Virus record (IMG/VR): IMGVR_UViG_3300044796_000401 | DNA: 64,000 nt | DNA from: a virus | Lineage: Duplodnaviria; Caudoviricetes | Reading direction: 5' to 3' (one strand) | Shown here: positions 6,834 to 16,115 of the stretch, piece after piece | How the letters are laid out: every line of letters begins with the position of its first letter | Numbering within the stretch: the stretch's first letter is position 1 | Program-made: the position numbers and the translations under genes | Notes under the pieces: model-generated | Database searches by the model: none | Told to the model about the DNA's origin: nothing | Seen by the model: only the letters and a program-made list of their open reading frames with translations

Positions 6834-9800
6834 TTATTCACGAGTTCCACAAACAAACTTATAGCGCATAATCATAGAGTCAGTGTCGATAGACTCGGCC
6901 CTCACGAATACCTCGTACACATAGCCCCCCTTCGGGCTATCGTTCCAAACGGCCGCTTGGCTCCAACTATCATTGATACAGTCCTGCACTTGACTGTCGC
7001 TCAGTTTGTCTAGCAAATACTTCACGCGGCTGCCCGTGTTAACAATGTTGTAGCTGCTCATGCCCTGCGGCTGCTCGATCTGGGCAAGCTGTACTTCGCC
7101 GACGCCCGGAACTTTGTCCAGCAGCGGGCGGCTGGTGACCTTAAATGCGCTGGTCATTGTTGCGGCTATCTCTCCGCACACCTTCTTCAGGAACATCCCG
7201 AACTGTTCAACCTCGGTCCCTGCGGCTGCTTTCTTCTGCAAGATAGACTCAGCCGAAGGTCCACCTTCATACTGCCCGTAGAACTGCTCGCGCCACAGGT
7301 CGCCCGCGCCGCGGATGTCGTCGTTGCCGCTGTTGGACCCTGCGGCGCTCTTCGATGCCACTTGCAGCGACGAGCCCGGAACGCTGTCGTAATTTCCGTA
7401 GAACTCATCAGTAAACATTAACCCCCTGATATCATTCTCCTTGCGGAGCGGTGCTCCTTCGAGCACCTCGGGCTTGCCGTCGCGTCCGATCCCCATCGCC
7501 CCGGCGGGGCTGGTTGAGGAATAGTCCGCCGAGGTGTGGACCTCTTCGACCTCGCCCACGTCGCCCGGAAGCTGGATCGCCTCCACGATGCCGATGTTGT
7601 CCATGGCGTTGTCGATCATGGTGTCGAGGTTCTGCTGGTCCGGCTCGCCGACCATCTCCGGTGCCTGCACGCCTTGCGGCGTGTTGGTGGCGTTCGGGTA
7701 GTCCACGATCTCGTGCTGGATTTCCGGGTAGAATTCCTTCAGGACTTGACCGGGGAAGAAGAAATTGAAGCCCGCTTCCTTTTCAAGTTCCGTTTGGCTC
7801 TTTACCACGCCCTTCGGTTTTGTGTCGTCTGCCATTGTTTTGTCCTTTGCCACTATGTACCAGCGCATCTGCTTCTGTTTCACCATGCCGCGGTCCTGAA
7901 GCTCCTTGAGAAACGGGTACGCAAGATTCGAGTGCTCCTCGCCGCCGAGCAACCGGTTAACCTCGCCCGTGGTTTTCGGACCCTGCTCCAAGATGCTCAA
8001 AATCTTGCCGCCCTGCTGCATCCCGTGCATCACATCGCCCATGGCTTCCTTGTACTCAGCCGCTTTCTTCACGCCCTTGCCGCCCGCCATGTAGTCGGCA
8101 TCGTCCCAGCGAAGGCCGTGCCTCGCCAAGACCTGCAACGCCTGCTCCTTGTTCATCCCGCCCATGACGCCCACCATTGCATCGGGTGCCTTGAGAGTAT
8201 CGATCGCGATGCGAAGCTGGTGCCTGTCGGGCACGCTGAGAGCGCCTTTGATCCCCATTTCCTGCATGAGCTTCTGGTCCTCTTCCGTGAGGTCCAGCTT
8301 GTCCTTAGACTTCGGCTCCGGAATCGGTTTTCCCGCTGCCTTCAGTTCTTCCTTCTCGCTTTCGACGGCGCTCTCCGCTATCTCTTCCCAGTTGACCTCG
8401 CCCATGGGCTGCTCCCAACTGTTCTGGACATCCCCGATGCCGTAGAAGAGGTTGTCAACCCTGTGCTTGAAACCCTCCTCCTTGGTCTGGGGCTGGTAGC
8501 CCTCAAGCTCCTTGCGCTCGAATTCCCCGCGGTCATCGCGAGCATTCTGGGCGTTATCCTCGTGAAATTGCGCGGTCTCCTCCGCTTGCTTGCGGAACAG
8601 GCGGCTGAACTGCCCGGCAAGCTGCTTTATCCCGATGCCCTTCTTCAGGGCGTTGGCGGCCAAATTGCGCTTGGTGTTGTAGACGGACTCCGTGTTGTCG
8701 ATCAGCAGGGCGACGTGCCATGTGCTCCAGTTCGTCCAGCCCTCGTAGCCTCCATCCTCGTCCGCCTTCTTGGATGACGCCGCCTTGCGCTGCTGCTCCT
8801 GCCAAGGGCATTTCGTGCACTTGTAGGTTCCGTCGTGGGTCTCTTTCCTCGCCTCAGCGCCGCACCACGGGCAGCGCATCGTGTCGGCGGCGGTCTTGGA
8901 GCTCATGACCTGAGTCCGCTCGGGGACGGTCCGGGACGGTGCTTGCGGCGTTGTCTTCGGCTTGTAGGGCTGGAGCTTCCACAAATACTTCTCAACCAAG
9001 GCATTGACCTTGTTTTCCGGCCTGGAAATCCCCGCGTACTCGCGGCGGAAGTCTTCCGCATCCTGGCCGCGCAACACGTACTCCCGCCCGTCCATGAGGA
9101 TGACCATCTGGAAACCGCTGGCGTCCCGGCCCTGCAACACGGAGATCGCGGCAGTACGTATACGGCCCAGGAATTCCCGTCCCGCTTTCTTCAAATCCCT
9201 TATGGAAATTGCTGCGGTCTTGCTGAGCGCCGCCGCCTTCTTCGCCGGGTAATCCCAGGACTCAAGGGCCGGACCTTCCAGATCGGTTCCGCCGAACATG
9301 CCGCCTCCATGACCTGATGTAATCTTGCCTTGATCCTCGCCGCCAATTGCCTCGTCATTCTTGGAAGCGATGTTGATGATGATCTGCTTGCCGGGCTTGG
9401 CGTCGATCTCCACCGATTTGCCAGCCTCCTCGGCTTTGACTTCTTCCTGCTTCTCAGAAATCGGCACACCGACTTCCATCTCGGACTGCGTCTCGATGGC
9501 CTCGCGGATGGCGTTCACGTTCGCACGCTCCGGAGAATGCAGGTCGCCATCGAGCACGGGGGAAGCCCCGTTCTCCGAGTGCGAGTTCTCATGAAGCTCG
9601 TCGTTCGCCGGACCTGCCTCGGGGCCGGGAACCGCGGGCTCCATTTTCTGCCCCAGTTCGTTGTCGCTATGGATCATTTCCGCTGCTTTCTTGCCGCCTA
9701 CCGGAATGCCCCGACGCTCAAAGTCGTAACACGTCTGCGAACATAAGAGCTTGCCGTTGGCTCGATAAGGCTCTTTCGTGATAGGGTCGCCGCACCGCCC

Positions 9801-10043
9801 GCATTTCTGTTCCCCTGCTGCCTTCTTGGAGGCGGTAACCTGACCGTCGTCGGATATTCCTTGATTCGGGATGACAGCTACGGAACCGTCCGCGAAGCGG
9901 ACCTTGGTTTCCTTATTGGGGTACTTTCCTGCCGGACCCAGATTCTCGACGATCTCCAAGTCCGTTCCCGAACGGCGGAAATCCCCGCCGTAGGAATACT
10001 TCGTCACGTCCCAATAACCCCAGCCCGCCAGCAATTTCGCCAT
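6834..10043 (-). CDS. large modular head-associated protein (1069 aa) with KxAA-delimited modules
   Basis: Long ORF with phage-like codon use, adjacent to the upstream gene by TAA-ATG. Contains Zn-ribbons, a YEGWTNWSTWHVALLIDN module and a wHTH-like module. Confidence 0.75.
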   Translation of the reverse strand: MAKLLAGWGYWDVTKYSYGGDFRRSGTDLEIVENLGPAGKYPNKETKVRFADGSVAVIPNQGISDDGQVTASKKAAGEQKCGRCGDPITKEPYRANGKLLCSQTCYDFERRGIPVGGKKAAEMIHSDNELGQKMEPAVPGPEAGPANDELHENSHSENGASPVLDGDLHSPERANVNAIREAIETQSEMEVGVPISEKQEEVKAEEAGKSVEIDAKPGKQIIINIASKNDEAIGGEDQGKITSGHGGGMFGGTDLEGPALESWDYPAKKAAALSKTAAISIRDLKKAGREFLGRIRTAAISVLQGRDASGFQMVILMDGREYVLRGQDAEDFRREYAGISRPENKVNALVEKYLWKLQPYKPKTTPQAPSRTVPERTQVMSSKTAADTMRCPWCGAEARKETHDGTYKCTKCPWQEQQRKAASSKKADEDGGYEGWTNWSTWHVALLIDNTESVYNTKRNLAANALKKGIGIKQLAGQFSRLFRKQAEETAQFHEDNAQNARDDRGEFERKELEGYQPQTKEEGFKHRVDNLFYGIGDVQNSWEQPMGEVNWEEIAESAVESEKEELKAAGKPIPEPKSKDKLDLTEEDQKLMQEMGIKGALSVPDRHQLRIAIDTLKAPDAMVGVMGGMNKEQALQVLARHGLRWDDADYMAGGKGVKKAAEYKEAMGDVMHGMQQGGKILSILEQGPKTTGEVNRLLGGEEHSNLAYPFLKELQDRGMVKQKQMRWYIVAKDKTMADDTKPKGVVKSQTELEKEAGFNFFFPGQVLKEFYPEIQHEIVDYPNATNTPQGVQAPEMVGEPDQQNLDTMIDNAMDNIGIVEAIQLPGDVGEVEEVHTSADYSSTSPAGAMGIGRDGKPEVLEGAPLRKENDIRGLMFTDEFYGNYDSVPGSSLQVASKSAAGSNSGNDDIRGAGDLWREQFYGQYEGGPSAESILQKKAAAGTEVEQFGMFLKKVCGEIAATMTSAFKVTSRPLLDKVPGVGEVQLAQIEQPQGMSSYNIVNTGSRVKYLLDKLSDSQVQDCINDSWSQAAVWNDSPKGGYVYEVFVRAESIDTDSMIMRYKFVCGTRE

Positions 10044-13000
10044 TTATTTATCCTCGCCCGCCTCGGGTTCTTCCGCCATGACTACATCAGCCAAGTCCCC
10101 GGCCCCGAGGTCGATGGGGATTTCCTCCGGCAGATTGTCGCCCGCCGCCGCTTCCTTGCCTGCCGCCATCTGCCCGAAGGTCCAGACGATCTGGTTGCAT
10201 TCATGGCAGAACATCTTCTTGCCTTCCGCGACTGTGAAGGTCTCCGTGTCGGGGGAGAAGCAGCGGGGGCATTCGCCCCTCGACGCCCTTTCCCCGCCGA
10301 TTCTGGGGTTCTGCTCTTGGCTCTCGAACAGCCCCGAGGCTTCCTTGTCGCTCGCCAGGATCGCCGGAACATCCAAAGCTTCCGGCGCTCCGCCGCCCAG
10401 GTTGGACACAGGCTGTTTGCCGCTTTCCGTTTCGCCCTGTGCCACAGGGATTTCGGACGCCGAAACCTTGGCGGCTTCCGGGACCGACTTGGTCTCCCGC
10501 TTGATGCTCGGGTCAACCGTATCGGGGCTCACAGTCTCGGACTTGGCTTCCGCCACGTCTCCGGAGACAGGAGCAGCGACCTTGGCCGCCTCCGGTACCG
10601 ACTCGGTTTCCTGATGGATATCTGTGTCCACGGTGTCGGGGCTCACGGTCTCGGACTTAGCCTCGGCCACGTCGCGACTAACATCGCTGGAAGTCAGAGG
10701 CAAGCTCATCTGGTTCGGGTCGGGCTCGGATGCGGGTTCCTCTTCATCGTACAGATTTCCGCCGTACTGCATCCATACGTTCTTTCCGCTCACTAGTTCC
10801 TCAACCATATCTTCGATCTGGTAGCGTTCGTGCCAGTAGACGTTCCCGCCCGGATCGGAAATGATCTCGCCAGAGGTCAATGCACCGATATCCTCGGGGT
10901 TGACCCATTCCCAGCCGTTGCCAGTGAAGTCTTCGAGCAAATCGTGAAGCTGCGGGTTCCATTCAACAAACCCCTTGCCCACATCAGCCTTGTTCTCAGC
11001 AACTTCGTTGAGAAGCTCCGGAGTCGGCTTCAGTGTGATGCCGCCCTTTGAATAAACAGCGGTCACATAGAGACCATCGAATTTGCCTGTCGGCTCGGCC
11101 GCTGTCTTGCTGCGCAGTTCCTCGGCCGAAGTGGTTTCCGGCTTCGTGTTGCTGTTCGTGGCGTAGGGGCTCACGGATTCCGCCTTGGCTTTCGCCAAGT
11201 CCTGCTGGATGCCGTCCGCCAACTTCTGGCCCGTGGGACCGTCGCTCGGCCCTATGTTGTCGATGGGCTTCTTCGGTTTTGGCGTCGTTATGGTTCCCAA
11301 GGCGGAGGCGCTCCTCGCGTTCGGCCCGCTGGTGTCCGCCTTGACGGCGTTCTTCTTGTCTTCCGGCGCTCCGTCGCCGTCCTTCCAGTTGTACGGGTTG
11401 TCGGCGGTATCGGCTTTCTTTTGGGATACGCCCGTGCGTGATGTGAGTGTGGATTTAAAATCCGGATGATGCCGCAGATTTTCTGCTTCATAGCCTCGCG
11501 GTTTTTCATCCGATTGTGCGGCACGATAGGCTGCCTGACAGCCACGACAAGTTGCATCCCAAGCAGGATGCTTTTCGCAATGCACCTGCTTTTCAAAACC
11601 GCCAGCGCCCTTGGACTGCTGCTTGTCATATTCCTTGTGGTGCTGCACGGTCGAAGATTCCCCGGTTTCCTTGGTTGGTGCTTCGCCCTTATCGGCGTCC
11701 ACGGCGTTGTCCGCAATGTCCGCCCTCTTCGGCTTGTCGGCCTTGACCTTCTTGGCAGACGTGTGGATGTCCCCTTCAAGAGGCTCGCCACTTTTGTCCA
11801 GATCGGGCTTCTCGTAAAGCTCTTCTTCCTCGGAAGGCTCTTGGCAGTTGCAAGACTCGCCCTCTTCCACATCGCTGCCGCATATCGGGCACTCGTTGTA
11901 GCGGACCCAGCCCTTTTCCGGCACCCACGTCTTCTTCCCGTTGGGGCAGCCAAGTTCGTGGCACGGTATCCCGTTGATGCTGAGCATCTCGCACTGGTCG
12001 CACCCGAACTTCGGCGCATCGGATTCCAGTTCGTCGGCTGCTTCCTTCACGAAGTCTTCCATGCTGGACGAAACCTGCCACGGCTTGTCGGACTCCGGCT
12101 CGTCATGTTCCTGCTTCGCCTCCGGCATGGAATCTTCTTGCGCCTCGGCTTCGGGCTCGGACAATGCCTTGTCGTCTTCCGGCTCGTCGCTCTTGAACGC
12201 CTCGGGCAACTCGCCTACATCTTTCTTGTTCGGGCGGCCATCAGTGCTGCCCTCCGGCTGCGTCGCGGTCTCACCAGGAACATCAATATCGACCAATGGT
12301 GCCGGTCCCATATCCTCGGTAATTTCTTCCCAGATCGAGTCGATGTCGAGCGCGACATCCGCCTGCTTGGGGCGGAGCTTGTTCAGCTTTGCTTCGCGCT
12401 CGTCATATGCCTTTTTGGTCTTCAAGGACGCCACTTCATAGCCCTCGTCGAAATCGGCGGCGATATGCTCGGCGATGAAATCCGCCTTGATTTGCTGGGC
12501 GGCTGTCTTAAGAGTCGGGTTTGGTCCCCATTTCCCTGCATCGATCTCTGCTGCATGGTCGAGCATGGCATGGTGCGGCTGCGCATCGGGCGTCGTGGTC
12601 TTGATGAGGTAGGCGCGGACATCCTTGGGCGGGAAGCTGTGCTTGTCGTGGAATCCACCCGTGCCATATGCCGCGGAGTATCCGCTGCCAAGGGAATTTG
12701 ACGAGCTTGCTGGCATGAGTCGCCCAGCGTCCGGATGTGTGCCGGGGTAACGCTTTCCCGTGCGGCTACGATTCTTGGTAATAGCGGCTTCCTTGTCAGA
12801 AGCGAGCACTTCCGGAAGAACCTTGACAGCGGTGCTGATCGCGCTGCCGACACCTTCCGCGGCGTTTTGCAGCGGATTTTCCTCATTTTGCGAATCTCCG
12901 TTAGTGGCTTTCTTCTCCGAAACCGTTCTCGGAAGCTCCTCCCCACTGGCGAAACCGCTGGGAAGCTGACGGAATGCCTCGGGGCTGTGGTCCTTCAGCC

Positions 13001-15032
13001 ATCCAGCTAGCCAGTGGCGCATGAACGCATACAGGTAATCGCGCCCGGCGTTGCCACGGGAGCGGATTCTCTTGCGGAAGGCTGTGTTGGCGGCGTACAC
13101 CCTCTCCGCGTAGTTTGTGAGGTAGTCCACTACAGGCTCGGTGTTCTCACCAATGGAGTCTTGCAGCCCCTTGCCAACGAAGAACATTTGGACTTCGCGG
13201 ATGACGCTGTCAGCAATGACCGTGGGCAGGATCGGCGTGTCGTCCTCGATGGCGGAAGTCTTCTTGCTGCCGACCTTGGCTTCCTCTTCCTCGCGGCGGG
13301 GAACCCCGGTCTCGTCGATGGCCACGCCGATGGGCGGCTCGCCTTCCTGCTTTTCGACACGCTCCTTGACGGCCTTGACCGTGCCTTCTTGGGCTGCGGC
13401 TGCCTCGGTGCCCGGCCCGACGTTCGTAATCGGGGTCTCGTGAGCGGCGGGCTCGATGCAAGCGCATTTCTTGCCAGATGTTTTTCCTTCTTCCAGCAAG
13501 CCAGCACCATCAAAGCGGACGGTTTCACCATTGGCAAGCATTTCAATTGGGTCTTCAATCTGATAACGTTCATGCCAGTAGACGTTCCCGCTCGGGCTGA
13601 GAAGAATTGGAGCAGAAGTCAAAGCACCGACATCTTCCGGATTCTTCCATTCCCAGCCGTTGGAAAGTAGGTCTTCAAAGATGTCCATCAGAGCGTTGTC
13701 AGTCGGCTTGTCCTTGTAAGCGGGGATTTCCTTCAAGCCGAGTTCGGTCGCGGCGACATTCAAATTGCCTTGCGGATCAATCTTGAAGGAAACGTAAGCA
13801 CCCCGGTCATCGTCTTCGTGGGCGTCCTTGTGCCTCTTGGCAGCCTCGTCCAAGCACTTGTTGCAACGGTCGCCACGGGCTTCGTCACCCATGAGAGTTG
13901 CATGGCAGGTCTTGCATTTCTTATCGGCGGCTGACTTCGCTTCCCCCTCTTGCTTGTCTGTCTTCTTTTCAGAGCCGAACGGCGGGGCTTGTCTTCCACC
14001 AAATGCCTCGGCGGCTCCGGTTTTTGGAGCGTCTTCCTTGTCTTTCTTGCCGGAGGTGCTCTTGTTCTTGCAGAAATTGCAACCACAGTCGGGCTTGCGA
14101 CCCCCGACAGAGTTTTCGGATTCATGGGACTTGGCAAGCCCCTTCATCGATTCGTACGACATGGCTTCTTTGGACGCCACGCGGGGAACGTCGAATCCGC
14201 CGTCGTCGTGATGCTCTTCCCCGGCTTCCTCCGCCGTCTCGGTGCTGGGTACCAAAGCTTCGCTGAGCGCCTGATTGAGGGACTCGAACACGTCGAGTTC
14301 CTGCGGGTCCAGTACTTCCTGGGTCACGGCGTCGGCCGTGCGGTGGTTCAGGAAAATCTTCTTCTTGTTCCCGGCTTGCTTCTGGAGGTCCGGATACTGC
14401 GTGAGCAAGTTCTCGGCGAGGAACGGGAAATTCAGCTTCGGGGTGATGTCCGTAACGTCGATCTTGGTCGTGTTGGCGTTCGTCATGATGGCGTTGAATG
14501 CGCTCGACAGACGGGGATCGTAGTACGCCGCGAACACCTGATGCCGCAAGTTGTTCTTGAGTTGCGTCTCGTCCTTCGTGAACTTGAAGACAATATACTC
14601 GCGCTTGCTGAGCCAGTTGGGGGCGAACAGGACGAGGGACTCGAACTTGCCGTCTCCGACGCCGAACAAGCGCTCTTTGATTGTGTCGAAGTCAGCTTGG
14701 CTGTATTCGTCCCAATCGCTAATACCGATCCTCTTCTCGATCATGTCGCCGACTTCCTCGCCGCCGAATTCCCTTACGATGCAGCCGTAGAGCAACGCAG
14801 TCGGGAAGTCCTTGCGGTCGGAGCAGATAGACGCCGGAATGACATAGATGCGCCCGATGCAGATGTTGGCACGAAAGCCGCGATAGAACACCTCGAAGCT
14901 CTGGATGTTCCCGGACGAGCGGGCCTGTTTCTCCCCCGCTTGTACGGCCTCTGTGACTTTCGCCAGCAGGTCTTCGCTGATGATAAACGAACTGTAGCTT
15001 TTTCCAACGTTAGAATTTCCGCTTACGCCCAT
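10044..15032 (-). CDS. very large modular acidic protein (~1662 aa), probable virion-internal polyprotein
   Basis: Start re-called at MGVSGNS (15032; GGGAG SD, just after the HNH stop). Internal duplicated modules and many KxA motifs. Confidence 0.75.
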   Translation of the reverse strand: MGVSGNSNVGKSYSSFIISEDLLAKVTEAVQAGEKQARSSGNIQSFEVFYRGFRANICIGRIYVIPASICSDRKDFPTALLYGCIVREFGGEEVGDMIEKRIGISDWDEYSQADFDTIKERLFGVGDGKFESLVLFAPNWLSKREYIVFKFTKDETQLKNNLRHQVFAAYYDPRLSSAFNAIMTNANTTKIDVTDITPKLNFPFLAENLLTQYPDLQKQAGNKKKIFLNHRTADAVTQEVLDPQELDVFESLNQALSEALVPSTETAEEAGEEHHDDGGFDVPRVASKEAMSYESMKGLAKSHESENSVGGRKPDCGCNFCKNKSTSGKKDKEDAPKTGAAEAFGGRQAPPFGSEKKTDKQEGEAKSAADKKCKTCHATLMGDEARGDRCNKCLDEAAKRHKDAHEDDDRGAYVSFKIDPQGNLNVAATELGLKEIPAYKDKPTDNALMDIFEDLLSNGWEWKNPEDVGALTSAPILLSPSGNVYWHERYQIEDPIEMLANGETVRFDGAGLLEEGKTSGKKCACIEPAAHETPITNVGPGTEAAAAQEGTVKAVKERVEKQEGEPPIGVAIDETGVPRREEEEAKVGSKKTSAIEDDTPILPTVIADSVIREVQMFFVGKGLQDSIGENTEPVVDYLTNYAERVYAANTAFRKRIRSRGNAGRDYLYAFMRHWLAGWLKDHSPEAFRQLPSGFASGEELPRTVSEKKATNGDSQNEENPLQNAAEGVGSAISTAVKVLPEVLASDKEAAITKNRSRTGKRYPGTHPDAGRLMPASSSNSLGSGYSAAYGTGGFHDKHSFPPKDVRAYLIKTTTPDAQPHHAMLDHAAEIDAGKWGPNPTLKTAAQQIKADFIAEHIAADFDEGYEVASLKTKKAYDEREAKLNKLRPKQADVALDIDSIWEEITEDMGPAPLVDIDVPGETATQPEGSTDGRPNKKDVGELPEAFKSDEPEDDKALSEPEAEAQEDSMPEAKQEHDEPESDKPWQVSSSMEDFVKEAADELESDAPKFGCDQCEMLSINGIPCHELGCPNGKKTWVPEKGWVRYNECPICGSDVEEGESCNCQEPSEEEELYEKPDLDKSGEPLEGDIHTSAKKVKADKPKRADIADNAVDADKGEAPTKETGESSTVQHHKEYDKQQSKGAGGFEKQVHCEKHPAWDATCRGCQAAYRAAQSDEKPRGYEAENLRHHPDFKSTLTSRTGVSQKKADTADNPYNWKDGDGAPEDKKNAVKADTSGPNARSASALGTITTPKPKKPIDNIGPSDGPTGQKLADGIQQDLAKAKAESVSPYATNSNTKPETTSAEELRSKTAAEPTGKFDGLYVTAVYSKGGITLKPTPELLNEVAENKADVGKGFVEWNPQLHDLLEDFTGNGWEWVNPEDIGALTSGEIISDPGGNVYWHERYQIEDMVEELVSGKNVWMQYGGNLYDEEEPASEPDPNQMSLPLTSSDVSRDVAEAKSETVSPDTVDTDIHQETESVPEAAKVAAPVSGDVAEAKSETVSPDTVDPSIKRETKSVPEAAKVSASEIPVAQGETESGKQPVSNLGGGAPEALDVPAILASDKEASGLFESQEQNPRIGGERASRGECPRCFSPDTETFTVAEGKKMFCHECNQIVWTFGQMAAGKEAAAGDNLPEEIPIDLGAGDLADVVMAEEPEAGEDK
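10464..10677 (-). repeat. two tandem ~114-bp copies encoding DVAEAKSETVSPDTVD...ETxSVPEAAKV
   Basis: Direct repeat visible in both DNA and protein; end coordinates approximate. Confidence 0.85.
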
Positions 15033-15033
15033 G

Positions 15034-15606
15034 TTATTCTCCCGCTCCGATTGCCACTCCAATCGAATGCCTGTAAATCTTTGAAATGTGCCGCTTGAAA
15101 TTCTCAACCGACATAGCGGCCTTCATCCTATTGCAGTCCCAGCAGCAAGGCACAACATTGCCCTCGACATACCCGTCCGTGCTTTTTAGCCTGTCTATGC
15201 CGTTGCAAATTAACTCTTGCACACAGTGTTGGTGCCGAACAATTCTCGTTGGTACATCTCCGCAGTAAAAACAGTCTGCCGCAATCAACTCAGTGAAGCA
15301 TTCAACAGACAATCCCCAAGATAATTTCCGCCTACCAGCGTTGCGCCTGTAGTACTCCAGTACCTTGTTTCTATTAGCTTCATTATTCGGAAGCCCGTTG
15401 GCTTTTCCGACTCCGGACATGAAATCCTTAAGTAAGCAACCACAACTTCTTGTATGCCCGTACCTCAAGTCGCATCCGTTAACGACTGGAGTTGCCCCAC
15501 AATCGCACTGGCACAACCACGTTGGCTGCCCATGTTTATTGGTACCTACTTTTTTGATAACCAATAAACGCTCAAACCGTTTTCCGGTCAGGTCAATTAA
15601 TCGCAT
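15034..15606 (-). CDS. HNH homing endonuclease
   Basis: DLTGKRFERL...WLCQCDCG...SCGC N-terminus, then CFYCG...GIDR...GYVEGNVVPCCWDCNRMK. Confidence 0.85.
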   Translation of the reverse strand: MRLIDLTGKRFERLLVIKKVGTNKHGQPTWLCQCDCGATPVVNGCDLRYGHTRSCGCLLKDFMSGVGKANGLPNNEANRNKVLEYYRRNAGRRKLSWGLSVECFTELIAADCFYCGDVPTRIVRHQHCVQELICNGIDRLKSTDGYVEGNVVPCCWDCNRMKAAMSVENFKRHISKIYRHSIGVAIGAGE

Positions 15607-16115
15607 TTGGTTTCCGTAGTAAAATCCAACTTATCAACAGCTTTTCTTATTCCCGGTTCCCGTTGGGCCATTTCATCCCTCCACTGACGGAGAAATTGTT
15701 GAACGGTACTCTCGTCGATACCGATTTTCTTAAGGGTATCAACCGCTCCCTGGCGATACTCTCCTAGCACAAAAGCCAAACGAGGACCATCAAAGTTCAA
15801 AAAATCCTTCTTGCTGAGCACGTCGGACTCCATCAGTTCCTTGCCGAGTTCGCGGAACGCCTTGACTTGCGATTCCAGCACCTTGACCTTCAGCCCGTCC
15901 AGCATGTTGGTGCTCACATCCTCGCTGCAAATCATCATCTCTGCCGTGACAGAGGCGATCTCGGCGGCTATTTTCCGCTTGATGGGTGCCAGCGGGGCAT
16001 CCGGGTCGTCGATCATTTCGCGGATTTCCTTGATCTTGGAAAACCGCTCCCGCTCGCTCATGACGGGCGTGTGGGAGACTTCCCCGTTTTTTTCTACCTT
16101 GAGTTCCTCGTTCAT
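15597..16115 (-). CDS. hypothetical helical protein (small terminase subunit possible, unproven)
   Basis: 172-aa ORF translationally coupled (TAATG) to the upstream gene. Confidence 0.6.
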   Translation of the reverse strand: MNEELKVEKNGEVSHTPVMSERERFSKIKEIREMIDDPDAPLAPIKRKIAAEIASVTAEMMICSEDVSTNMLDGLKVKVLESQVKAFRELGKELMESDVLSKKDFLNFDGPRLAFVLGEYRQGAVDTLKKIGIDESTVQQFLRQWRDEMAQREPGIRKAVDKLDFTTETKCD

